Of a stretch of DNA of 64,000 nucleotides, positions 53,438 through 64,000 are shown piece after piece. The notes under the pieces are model-generated. The model saw only the letters and a list, made by a program, of their open reading frames with translations, ran no database searches and had not been told where the DNA came from. The position numbers and the translations under genes were made by a program. The stretch is from contig NC_043004.1 of the NCBI RefSeq assembly GCF_006345805.1, positions 85,436,001 through 85,500,000 of the forward strand, written 5' to 3'. This DNA comes from Octopus sinensis (taxonomy: Eukaryota). Positions within the stretch are counted from its first letter, which is position 1; each line of letters begins with the position of its first letter.

Positions 53438-54079
53438 ATTATATATATATATATATATAATATATATATATTTATAAATATATATATATACATATATACA
53501 TATAAACACATACACTCACACACACACACACTCACATATATATGTGTGTGTGTGTGTGCTTCGATATACGTCTTTAAAGTGACAGAGGGCGCTATTCCGC
53601 AGTAGTATTGCTAGAAATAAGAGAGTCAAAACAACTCATAGCCACATTAAGCACCATCTTTTTGACTGACAACGGAAGCAACCAACGGGCATATCCAGAT
53701 CACCAGTGATTTCGCATTTACATTCAAGCACATCAATGGCTCTTACCAGCGACGTGAGATAAACTCGAATTGCCTTGTCAGCGTATGATCTTATACGCTG
53801 AATTCATAAATGCAAAAGGTGTAAATTATAAATAATAAGGAGAGGCTTGTTATCAATTTTGAGCCGGGTACTTCGGGAGTTTAATTCCCTTGACTCTTAT
53901 TTAGAACAACACTGGTACAGAACAGCCTCCTCAGTCGTTTTAGTAACGTATGCATTTTTGCCTTTCGTTTGAAAAATTACTAACAAGCCACCCTTATTAT
54001 TTATGCTTATATATATATATATATATATGAAAGAAATTATTGTATACAATACTGAAGTCCCCTACAACAAAGAAAAAAG

Positions 54080-55235
54080 ATAAACATCAGTTGTACTGTA
54101 GTAGGTGGATTTTAGGTAGCATGGAAGATTTGAAGAATGTAGTATCGCGACACCTAGCGACTGATGCAGGTAATTTATACCATGCTTCAAAACTTCTGTA
54201 CGAAAAATAAATCTTACCGAAAGTTATGGATGCTGTGTTGTTTTTTTTAATTATTTCGTATGCATGTCCACGAGTGTTTGACATATGGAATTCAAAAAGG
54301 TGCCCAAAGTTGTTGTTGGAAAGATGGTGGATAACGTTGTGGGTGTCTACCAATTCGGTTGCCAGACGTCTGAGCTTCAATGTGCCCTTACCCAGGGAAG
54401 CAAGACGTTCAGAATATGATAGGTGCGGGTATTCGTTTTGTTGCACATTTCAGAAGTTTCCAGGAGATTTATATTCTGAGCAAGATGGGGGTTCCAGACT
54501 GGTACTGCAAATTACAAGTACGGAATACCATTGTCATATACAGTTTTAAACTGATAACTAGAGAGAGGATAGCAAATGTCTAACTGAGTGATGCTAGGAC
54601 ACCCTCAGCCTTCTTGACAATCTTAGAGATGTGGTTTGTTCAACGTTTATTGTTGTTTACAATAATGCCCAGATCATGTGTACTAGAAGACTTCTTGAGA
54701 TTGGTGTTGCTGAGGGAGTATGTAAAAACAGAGTTTTTCCTCATAACATGCATAGTGATGCACTTGTCCAAAGCTAACTTGAGTTACCAGTCAGAGATCC
54801 ATTGCTGCATTGTGTCCAGATCTGTTTGCACGGAGGTTCTATAGCGTATAGGATCTGTTATTTATATTTCGATGTACAGCTTGACGTCATCTGCCACTAT
54901 CAGCAGTGCAGCATCCTTAAATTGGCATCTATGTCATTAATATATGCAACATACATCAGGGTCCAAGAACGGATCCCTGTGGTACACCAGACGTCATCTT
55001 GTAAGTTGAAGAACGATGCCATAGAACCGTGAATACCTGTTCCTGGCCGAGTAAAAAGGACTTCAGCCAGTTATAGAGATCTTACTTCACAGCTATCGCG
55101 GAGAGTTTTTCCATGAACTGTTTGTATGGCAAAGAATTGAAGGCTTTAGCAAAACCAAGGTAGATAACATCCACCTTTGAGGCGCCATCCGTAAATTGGG
55201 ATAGAGGTAACACAAATTCACATTTGGAACTTGAA
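54080..55235 (-). mobile_element. CR1-type LINE RT/3' fragment, decayed
   Basis: DVIYLGFAKAF, SGVPQGSVLGP, ADDVKL, YSERLASLG..LKLRRL..TRGHAYEI. Confidence 0.8.
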
Positions 55236-55687
55236 AAAAGTATAGCCTATTTTATTGTCCCACTCACAGATTGCACTTGTAATGTACGAATTAGCAAGCA
55301 TGTATATATGTATGTATTTATGTATGTATGTATGTATGTATTTACGTATTGAATCTCGGGTCGAACTTTCGTAGACGGCAACTTAAAGTCCATCATATAT
55401 ATATGTATGTGTGTATGTGTGTATGCATGTATGCATGCATGTATGTATGCACGCATGTATGTATGCATGTATTAATGTATGTAAGTATCAATGTATGCAT
55501 GTATGTATTTATCTCTCTCTGTCTTTCTTATGTGCTGGTTCATGCACATCACACGTTAGCGATTCGCCGATGGAGAATGTTAAAATATAAGTACTAGAGA
55601 GGACTTGTTCGACTAAAATAGAGTGCCCCAGGTTGGGGGGCGACCAATGGCTGAATCAAGTTGTGTAGGTATGTGTTTCAGTATATA

Positions 55688-56299
55688 TTGCCCGACCCCA
55701 CCTTGAATACTGTTGTCCACTGTGGTCTCCCCACACAATGCAAGGTATCATAAAAGTTGAAGCACCTCAAAGGGCAATCACAAAAAAGATAGATGGCATG
55801 ACAGGCCTCGACTATTGGGGTCGACTAGAAAAGCTAAAACTCTATTCTCTCCAACGTCGTCGTGAGCGCTACATCATCTGCATGATGTGGAAAATATTCC
55901 ATCAGCATTGCCCAAATGATGTTGGCATCACCTTTAAGGTACATCCAAGGCTTGGGCCCCGTGCCATCCGCCCAAAACAAAAATCGCACTCTCATCTCAT
56001 AACAACAATACGGCACAATTATTCACCTCAATTGGCCCCGCTCTCTTTAACATTACACCAAAACACATTAAAACAGAAACTGACCCTATAGGGTTCAAGA
56101 AGTCTTTGGACAGATTCCTTCAAGAAATCCCGGATAAACCCCCTACACCCGGATATGTCTCTCTAAACAATAACTCTCTACTTGAGTGGGCCATAGTGCC
56201 CAAATTCTGACTTGAAAGACTTCACCAGGTGGTGCTATTAAGTTAGACATGGCCTGGGCCAATAATAGCCGAAACCTATCAAAGTATCAAAGTATCAAA

Positions 56300-56303
<4 letters not shown>
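55688..56303 (+). mobile_element. CR1-clade LINE 3' end, relative of 20473-22411
   Basis: GLDYWGRLEKLKLYSLQRRRERYIICMMW; shared tail ggtggtgctattaagttagacatggcctgg then (ATCAAAGT)3, followed by (TA)n. Confidence 0.9.
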
Positions 56304-56360
<57 letters not shown>

Positions 56361-56415
56361 GATAGATAGATATAGATATAGATATAGATAGATGGATAGA
56401 TAGATCGATAAAAAG

Positions 56416-56468
<53 letters not shown>

Positions 56469-56478
56469 CAAATATATA

Positions 56479-56549
<71 letters not shown>

Positions 56550-56552
<3 letters not shown>

Positions 56553-56860
56553 CGCAGGCGTGACTGTGTGTTTAGAACCTTGCTTAACAACCTCATGGTT
56601 CTGCAGTTGCTCTCACTGCGTGGTTCATTGGGCAAGTCTATACTACAATAGCCCCGGGCCGATGAAGGATTTGTGAGCGGATTCGGTAGACGGGAACTGA
56701 ATGAAGCCGTATACATGTGTGTGTGTGTGTGTGTGTTCCCGTGTGTGTATGAGTGTGTATGTGTACCCCCTCCATCGCTTGACAAACGATGCTGATGTTC
56801 TCTTTGGACAAAACAATCAGATTCAAGAAGAGCCAGGCATACAGAGGATAAGTCTAGGGA
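56550..56860 (+). mobile_element. SINE family A
   Basis: ggcgcaggcgtgactgtgtg..ttgggcaagt..atagccccgggccga..gagcggattcggtagacgggaactga. Confidence 0.7.
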
Positions 56861-56942
56861 TCGATTTCTTCGATTGAAACCCTTTAAATCAGTGCTCCAG
56901 CTTGGCTGCATTAAAATGGCTTAAGCAAATAAAAAAATACGC

Positions 56943-56951
56943 TTGTATGTC

Positions 56952-56983
<32 letters not shown>

Positions 56984-57400
56984 TGCATGTGTGTATGTTT
57001 CTATGCATGTATGCATGTATGCATTAATGCATGCACGCAAGCATATATATATATATATATGTGTTCGTGTATGTATGTGCATATGTATGAATTATATGTA
57101 TGTAGGTATGTGTGTATGTATATATGTATGTATGTATGCGCATGCATGTATGGATGCACGCAAGCATATATATATATGTGTTCATGTATGTATGTGCGTA
57201 TCTATGAATTAAATGTATGTAGGTATGTGTGTATGTATATATGTATGCATGCATTTATTTATATATATATAGGTATGCATGTATGTATGTCTGTATGTTC
57301 GTGTGTATGTATGTATATCTGTATTATGCACGCAGGCAAGTATATATGTATACATATTTGTGTATATGTATGCATGTATGTGTGTGTGTGTATGTGTGTG
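56943..57400. repeat. (TATG)-rich low-complexity tract containing a ~123-bp internal duplication
   Basis: gcacgcaagc at 57033 and 57156. Confidence 0.75.
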
Positions 57401-57924
57401 TATGGATAAGAGAGGCTGGAAAGAATGATGGGCTAATGGTAAAAAATAATGCATAGGAGAAAATTGCGACATGTTGGATGAGGTGTAAAAACGACATGGA
57501 GGTATGCTGAAATACCAAACGAACATGCATTGCATGAATTCAAAATGTTAAATTTACACCCGTTTTTCACGTATTTATTTCGCTAATTATATTTTAATAT
57601 CATCTGGGGGATGTTGCCTCTCAGCTCAAAACTCCGTCCAATTAATCACAAGACCGAAGAAGCCTGATATCAAGAAAAGTTCCCCAGCTGTTTGTAGCAT
57701 TCGTTTGCTTCCGGGGTAGAGAGAAAAATAACATAGCGTCCGTTAATTGGCTGCATCATTTCTTTCACAATTCTCATCCAAATACAATCTAGCAAATCGT
57801 ATCGAAGCGAACATCATTTCTCAAGGATTATGTAAATTAATTTGTGATCACTTATCTGTTATTATAACAAAAAAAACAAAACTAATATAAATAATTGCAA
57901 ATTTATTATTATTTTTATTATTGT

Positions 57925-58133
57925 TATTTTTAGCATCATCATCATCATCATCATCATCAATCATCATCATCATCGTCATCATCATCATCTTCATCATCTT
58001 CATCATCATCATCTTCATCATCATCATCATCATAATCATCACCATCATCATCATCATCATCGTCTTCATCATCATCATCATCATCATCAACATCATAATC
58101 ATCATCATCATCATTATCATCATCATCATCATC

Positions 58134-58195
<62 letters not shown>

Positions 58196-58275
58196 CAATC
58201 ATCATCATCATCATCATCATCATCATGATCTTCATCATCTTCATCTTCATCTTCATCTTCATCTTCATCATCATC
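57925..58275. repeat. Long imperfect (CAT)n microsatellite; (AAT)/(AAC)n follows at ~58410-58555
   Basis: Directly visible. Confidence 0.95.
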
Positions 58276-58428
58276 ACCGTCTCTGTAATTATTATTGTGA
58301 TTACGTACTTTCAATGCATAACTCTGTACAGCTCGAATGCGCCTTGGGTACATGCTCTTTTGTATTCGTTTTTTGCATTGCATTGGTAGTATATTGTTAT
58401 TATTTAGCATTTCGTGTTAATAATAATG

Positions 58429-58464
<36 letters not shown>

Positions 58465-58554
58465 TAATAATAATAATATTAATAATAATAGTAATAATAA
58501 CAACAACAACAATAACAACAACGACAACAACAACAACAATAACAATAATAATAA

Positions 58555-59055
58555 AATGCCTTGATGCAGTGGCTTCTGATCTTAACTGGTTGGAAGTGTT
58601 ATCATGTACATTGTTTTGTTTTGGTATAAAAGATGGGCCACAGCAAATATTCTGCTCAATACCACAGATTTGCCTGTCAGTTGTTTGACCTTAACCAATT
58701 GAGCATGTCCCTTAGTGGCTGACGATATGTGCATCTCTGATCTCGAGAAGAAGTAGTGGCGGAGCATCATAACCGTGTGTTGAAAAGAATTCTTGGAGGT
58801 TTGGATAATTCACCTCTGGAAACACGGGTGTTTTTTTTTCAACATCCTTAAACAATCCTTATTCAGGGACTTTTTGAGCGGGATGGGCTATTCGACCAGA
58901 CGAAAATTCTAACTGGTCCCCACCATGTCACGCACATATGATTGTGATGCATGTGCTTGGTGTACCCTTATCTGACGGATAGTGATGATGGGTATACTGG
59001 GCTTCATATATTTTACCCCATTGTCACTTTCATCGCATGCACTGCTCTCTCACAC

Positions 59056-59105
<50 letters not shown>
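58555..59105 (+). mobile_element. Interspersed repeat resembling a non-LTR 3' UTR with an (AAT)n tail
   Basis: Non-coding ~500-bp block between (AAT)n arrays, ending catgcactgctctctcacac(AAT)n; family recognised from memory only. Confidence 0.4.
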
Positions 59106-59109
<4 letters not shown>

Positions 59110-59339
59110 GTTTTCTTTATTGGTTACAAGAGCCCAACATAAAATAAAAGGGAGCAATATAACACAAGGGACAAGTGAAGCTTAAGAAGAGTCAACAAGA
59201 ATTTCAATAAAATTACCCTAAAGATAGGAAATGTTGTAAGGTTTAAATTTTGACATATTTAGGCATTGGCAATACTTGAGGGTAGAAATGAATTTTAAAG
59301 GAGTTTTGATCAGAAGAAGTGGTAAAGGATAAACTAAAG

Positions 59340-59595
59340 GTGCATGGCTCAGTGGTTAGAGCGACGGGCTCACAATAATGAGGTAGTGAGTTCAGTTCCT
59401 GAGCGGGCTGAATGTTGTGTTCTTGAGCAAGACACTTTATTTCATGTTGCTCCAATTCACTCGGCTGGTGCCAAGCTGTATCAGCCCTTGCGATTGCTGG
59501 TCAGCTATAAACAACCTTGCCCGGACTTTTGCCTCGAAGGGTAACTTACTAGGTGCAATCCCATTGTTTTTCATGACCGAAGGGGCCTTTTTTCC
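59340..59595 (+). mobile_element. tRNA-derived SINE family C
   Basis: ggtgcatggctcagtggttagagc..gagttcagttcc..gagcaagacacttt; tail ggtgcaatccca..catgaccgaagggg. Confidence 0.8.
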
Positions 59596-61044
59596 CTTTA
59601 GATTATAAGAAGTCAATAACGGATCAATTGAGGAATATTCATAAAATACCTGCAGAGATTCTCCCCAAGCAGCTAAGTCCATATTAATGATACTATACGC
59701 GGATGTGTGCGCGTGTATATATATATAACTGTGTGTGTGTGTGTGCATGGATTCATGTTTGGATGTACGTACGTATGTACGTATATATGTGTATTAACGC
59801 TAACAGTTAGCAATCATTTATCTAGTTCAGTCACACACACACTCTTCCCAAATTCCATTATTCTATTTCCCCATAATTTCAATTCCGTGAAATCTCCTCT
59901 CCTTGTTTCTCCCCTCCTCCCTCTCTCTCACTATACATACATACATACATACGCGAACACACACATGCATATGCGTATATCTGTTGGACTATGTGCCTAC
60001 TGAACGCGATCTGTCTCTATTAATTTATCTAAAGATAGTAAGAGCTGGCGAATGATTAGATGAATATGTGAATTGGTTTCCCAATTTACGATAATTTCAA
60101 AATGAATCTCTCTTAATCAGGATCACTGATGCTGAATATTTATCATAATGAAAAACAATTATAGAGTGAAAGGCATTCACAACTTTGTAATAAATAACAC
60201 TGTGAGATGAATCTATCATGTATCGAATTAAATTAAGAGGGCTCTAACTTCGTGTAATATACATGCAATTATCTGACTGGCTATTTACAGAGAACTGATA
60301 AATTAATGGAGGGTAAGGTTAAATGATTAGGATCACCTGCACAAAAGAAAAACGCGTTGAATATTGTAGTCTTTGATACACTGCTTCAATTAATAGTTAA
60401 ATGGTCTTAACCGAAGCCCAATTTATCACAAGTTTTTATGCTATGTTCACTCAGTCATAAAATGATCCTCGAGGTCAATAGACTAAACAAATTATTTGGT
60501 ATTGTATTAGTCTGTCGGATAAATTCGTTCGTCTTTTTCCTTACTCCGTATTCTATAGTCGTATATCTGAAAAGAGATGTTTTTGTTTTTAAATTTCGAA
60601 AAGATGAATGGAAATTGTAGAGGACCACATAGACCTACAGAACAAAGATAAAACTGTCCGATATAAGTATTTTTCGTGTGGATTTTAATAACATTGAAAC
60701 GAATGAAATAGATAAGAAAAACGAATGAATATATCAGACAACTTAATATAAAAAGACGAAATAAAATTGATTTTATTCATATTTTATTCGGATTTTATTA
60801 CAAGAATCTAAAAGTGAGTTTTTCAGATGACTGTCTTGGTGACATATCTACAAAATAATTTCTATGCTTTTATATGATTTTGTGGAAGAATAATTCGGTT
60901 TCTAATGAATATTGAATTGAGAGCAAGCATACTTAACGTTGTTGTGACTTAAGAGGGACGTTACACCAACAATAATAACACATTAATATCAATTCTTTAT
61001 TGTTGGTCGATTGGTTTAATATTTAATCAACCAACTAATCAGTC

Positions 61045-61410
61045 GTTTGTTTAATGTCCTGTGCTGGTTAAATAACACTGGTCAACAAAGAATTTGTACC
61101 TAGAAAAATCGAACTCATGGCACATAACATCGCGACACAACAACTTTACCTCAACCGGTTCAGTGCTCTTTAATACCATGTCAAAATATGTCAAAACGGA
61201 AACGGATCCCATAAAATTAAAGTTCTCTGGACAAATTGCTCCAAAAAATCCTAGACCAACCTCCAACATCCGAATATATCTTCAACAATAACTCTTTGCT
61301 AGAGTGGGCCTTGGTACCCAATATAATACTAAAAGACTTCACCATGTGGTGCTATTAAGTTAGACATGGCCTGGACCTATACTGCCCGAAAACTATTAAA
61401 GTTATCAAAG
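61045..61410 (+). mobile_element. CR1-clade LINE 3' end, third copy
   Basis: HNNFTSTGSVLFN; NNSLLEWA; tail gtggtgctattaagttagacatggcctgg plus degenerate atcaaagt repeats. Confidence 0.8.
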
Positions 61411-61419
61411 TTATTAAGT

Positions 61420-63720
61420 TACCTGTATTTTATATGTTTTTGCATGCAGAATTCAAAAATAGTGTCATATTATCTGTATCACCCACAGTTTCTTTGTTCC
61501 ACGATATCCCTCTCAGTTCCTGTTACGTGGGCTAAATTTCAGTTAAGCTGTTTATAAATGTTTATGAAGAAAATTAACCTAATGAAATCATAAATCCAGC
61601 TATCTGAATCAATAAGTCACCGAAACTTGACAATACTGAGTCAACGAGTCACCGATGCTTTGTCAGTACTTTGTTTAAAGTGTATGCATGTGGTTGTGCA
61701 CTAAGTTCACATATTCTATTCACCTTCATCATGCCAAGAAAATATATAAACCTCGCAAATGATATTTGCTATATTTGCGGTGACTTAACTTTCAAGTCAC
61801 AAAGACGGCATTTCACACCATTGATTTAAAATGATATGAGCATTATTTTAACTAAAAAAAATGTGGGTGACCAGAATAAAAGCTGGGCCCCTCATATGTA
61901 TTGTGTAACCTGTGTCAGGATTTTCACTGGATGGACAAAAGATTCACGTCATATGCCTTTTGCTATCCCTATAGTTTGTTGAGAGCCCAAAGATCACACT
62001 TCAGACTGTTACTTCCACTTGACGAATATACAAGGTATAAAATCAAAATCCAAGTATACTATAGAATATTCTAATTTACAATCTCCTTATTACTTCACAG
62101 TCAACAGTTACCTGCGCCTGACACAGCAAAACAAGTGACTCTTAGTGACGACGGGTCGAGTGAGGAAGATGTAGAGAAAGAAATAAATGACTTGGACTTT
62201 GAGCTTGACTGTTCTTCAAGCGAGTCACACTTGTTGAGTCAGGGAGATCTGAATGATCTTTGTGCGGGATTTAAAATTGTTGATAAAGCAAACTGAATTG
62301 CTTGCGTCCAGGTTAAAAGGCTGGAATCTTCTCCAGAAAGAGGCCAAAGTTAGTTTTTATCGTGCTCAGCAGTGTGAGTTTGTCATTTTTTTCTTACTTG
62401 TCAATGGTGTGGTGTTTTGCAATGATGTATATTCTGATATGGAGGAACTTAACCACAAATATAGCACAAACGTTGGCGTTTGTCTATTGACTCCTCAAAG
62501 TAAGATTGAAAGCAGTTTTACTCCATAATGGAAATAAGTCTCCTTTTGTTCCTCTCGCCCAAGCAACTAACATGAAGGAAACATATGAAAGTATGAAAAT
62601 TCTGTTGCAAAAAATTTAGTATGAGGAAAATAAGTGGAATATTTGTGGGTGACCTAAAGTTTGTGGCACTTCTATATGGAATGCACCTGTGTTACACCAA
62701 GTTTTGTTGATTACTCTGTGAGTGGGACAGTCAGGATAAGAAAAATCATTACGAAAATAATGCGATGCCGATACGAACTCTGACACCTGGACAGAATTAT
62801 TTCATTAATCCTCCTCTTTTTGATTCTGAGAAAATTTATCTGCCTCCTTTGCATATCGAGCTAGAGTTGATGAAGAATTTTGTCAAAGGTATGAATAGAA
62901 CTGGCAAGGGATTCACGTATTTGAAAGCTAAATTTCCAAGAGTAAGTGACGCGAAAATCAAGGAAGGTATTTTTGTTGGGCTACAGATTAGGGAGCTGAT
63001 GATAGACCAAAAGTTTGACGAAGAGTTCAGTGATGTTGAAAAAGCTGCATGGCTCTCATTTCAGCAACTTTGCAGAGAGGTTTTTGGAATTACAGTGCAG
63101 AGAACTATTCTGGCACCATGTGAAAGAACTACGACTTCATACAAGTCCTTGGAATGCAATATGAGCCTAAAAATTGAACTCTCACTTTTCCCCTGAAAAT
63201 CTTGGGGCTGTCATTGACGAGCACGGTGAGAGGTTTCATCAGGACATTCTGAACATGGAAACCCGGTACCAAGGAAAGTGGAGCTCTTCTATGTTGGCAT
63301 TGAGACGTTCCAGAAGCTAAATACAGTCGAAAATCATACCCCTCTACGTTTTAAAACTAAGTTTCCTTGTAACATCAGCCTGATTTTTGAATTCAGGAAA
63401 TACAATTGTTTATCAATTGAAATATGCTATCAAGAAAACCTATGACTTATAGAAATAATCTGAAAACAAAGTTGCATTCTGCAAATAAAATTCTCTTGTT
63501 TGTGGGACAGAATTTTTGATTCTGTTGACCAATTATAATTGTCAGTCTAATTTCTGCATTAATATAATACATTTATTGTATAATTAGATTTCCTCTGTCA
63601 TATAAAAACCCTGTCTGATAGAAATTTTCCAAAAACATATTCGAAATCTGCGTTAAAAGCGCTTTAAAGTTCATTTTCTTCAGTCATGAGACAGCAAACA
63701 GTTAATTGTTAAGCAGAGGA
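61420..63720 (+). mobile_element. Chapaev3-like (CMC group) DNA transposon, near full length but decayed
   Basis: From ATG 61731: MPRK..CYICGDLT..VGDQNKSWAPHMYCVTC..MPFAIP..EPKDHTSDCYF; later KIYLPPLHIELELMKNFVK..KIKEGIFVGLQIR..CNMSLKI..DEHGERFHQDI..RYQGKW. Confidence 0.75.
61731..63355 (+). pseudogene. Chapaev3-like transposase with multiple stops and frameshifts
   Basis: Collinear fragments including ORFs 62253-62528 and 62765-63196. Confidence 0.75.
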
Positions 63721-64000
63721 ATGAATTAGTTGTTTATTAGAAATGATATTGAATCAGCGTGTGTCTTACTATTATTATTAGCGTAATGACCCTCTCAGGA
63801 CACAAAAGGATAGTTTCAACTCACGAATTCACATTAAGAAACTTGCAAGCCAAATACAATTATTTAATGTTGGGAAACAAAAGCTAATATTTAATTAATT
63901 TCAATTAATAATTTGTGTATAATGTAATTGTAATTTAATTTTGAAGATTCTAATTATACAGGTAGTAATGAGAAAACGCATTTTTTAATTATTCTTTTTA

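Noticed and set aside
57848-58688. Poly-Met/Asp/His/Ile ORFs, including a 255-aa one
   Set aside because: (CAT)n and (AAT)n artefacts.
59645-59700. Minus-strand MDLAAWGESLQ followed by a GTATTT donor
   Set aside because: Wedged between a SINE and a microsatellite; no partner exons; expected by chance.

Overview
This is AT-rich, microsatellite-dense eukaryotic DNA, intergenic or intronic, made almost entirely of decayed mobile elements. The tRNA-derived SINE families resemble those I recall from octopus genomes, so a coleoid cephalopod is likely; that is an inference, not a search result. I recognise no intact host gene, rRNA or functional tRNA, and only two weak candidate exons. Most ORFs in the supplied track are microsatellite artefacts or transposon fragments. 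Recognisable elements: a Tx1/L1 LINE (ORF1 with zinc knuckle), two Penelope-like elements (RT and GIY-YIG), four CR1-type LINE copies, an RTE fragment, four 3' fragments of restriction-like-endonuclease (RLE) LINEs, a Gypsy gag-pol relic, two mariners, a Tc1, a Chapaev3-like transposon, a piggyBac-type MITE, a Helitron end with a 23-bp minisatellite, and four SINE families. The most interesting signals are three. (1) A spacer-less ~456-bp palindrome whose arms each carry the 3' half of a hammerhead ribozyme. (2) A Penelope remnant combining a tRNA-like Pol III module, a decayed minimal hammerhead and an inverted terminus. (3) Junctions suggesting Tx1-type retrotransposition targeted to tRNA-derived SINE heads, producing SINE concatemers. 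All alignments were done by eye and element boundaries are approximate unless a TSD or TIR is quoted.
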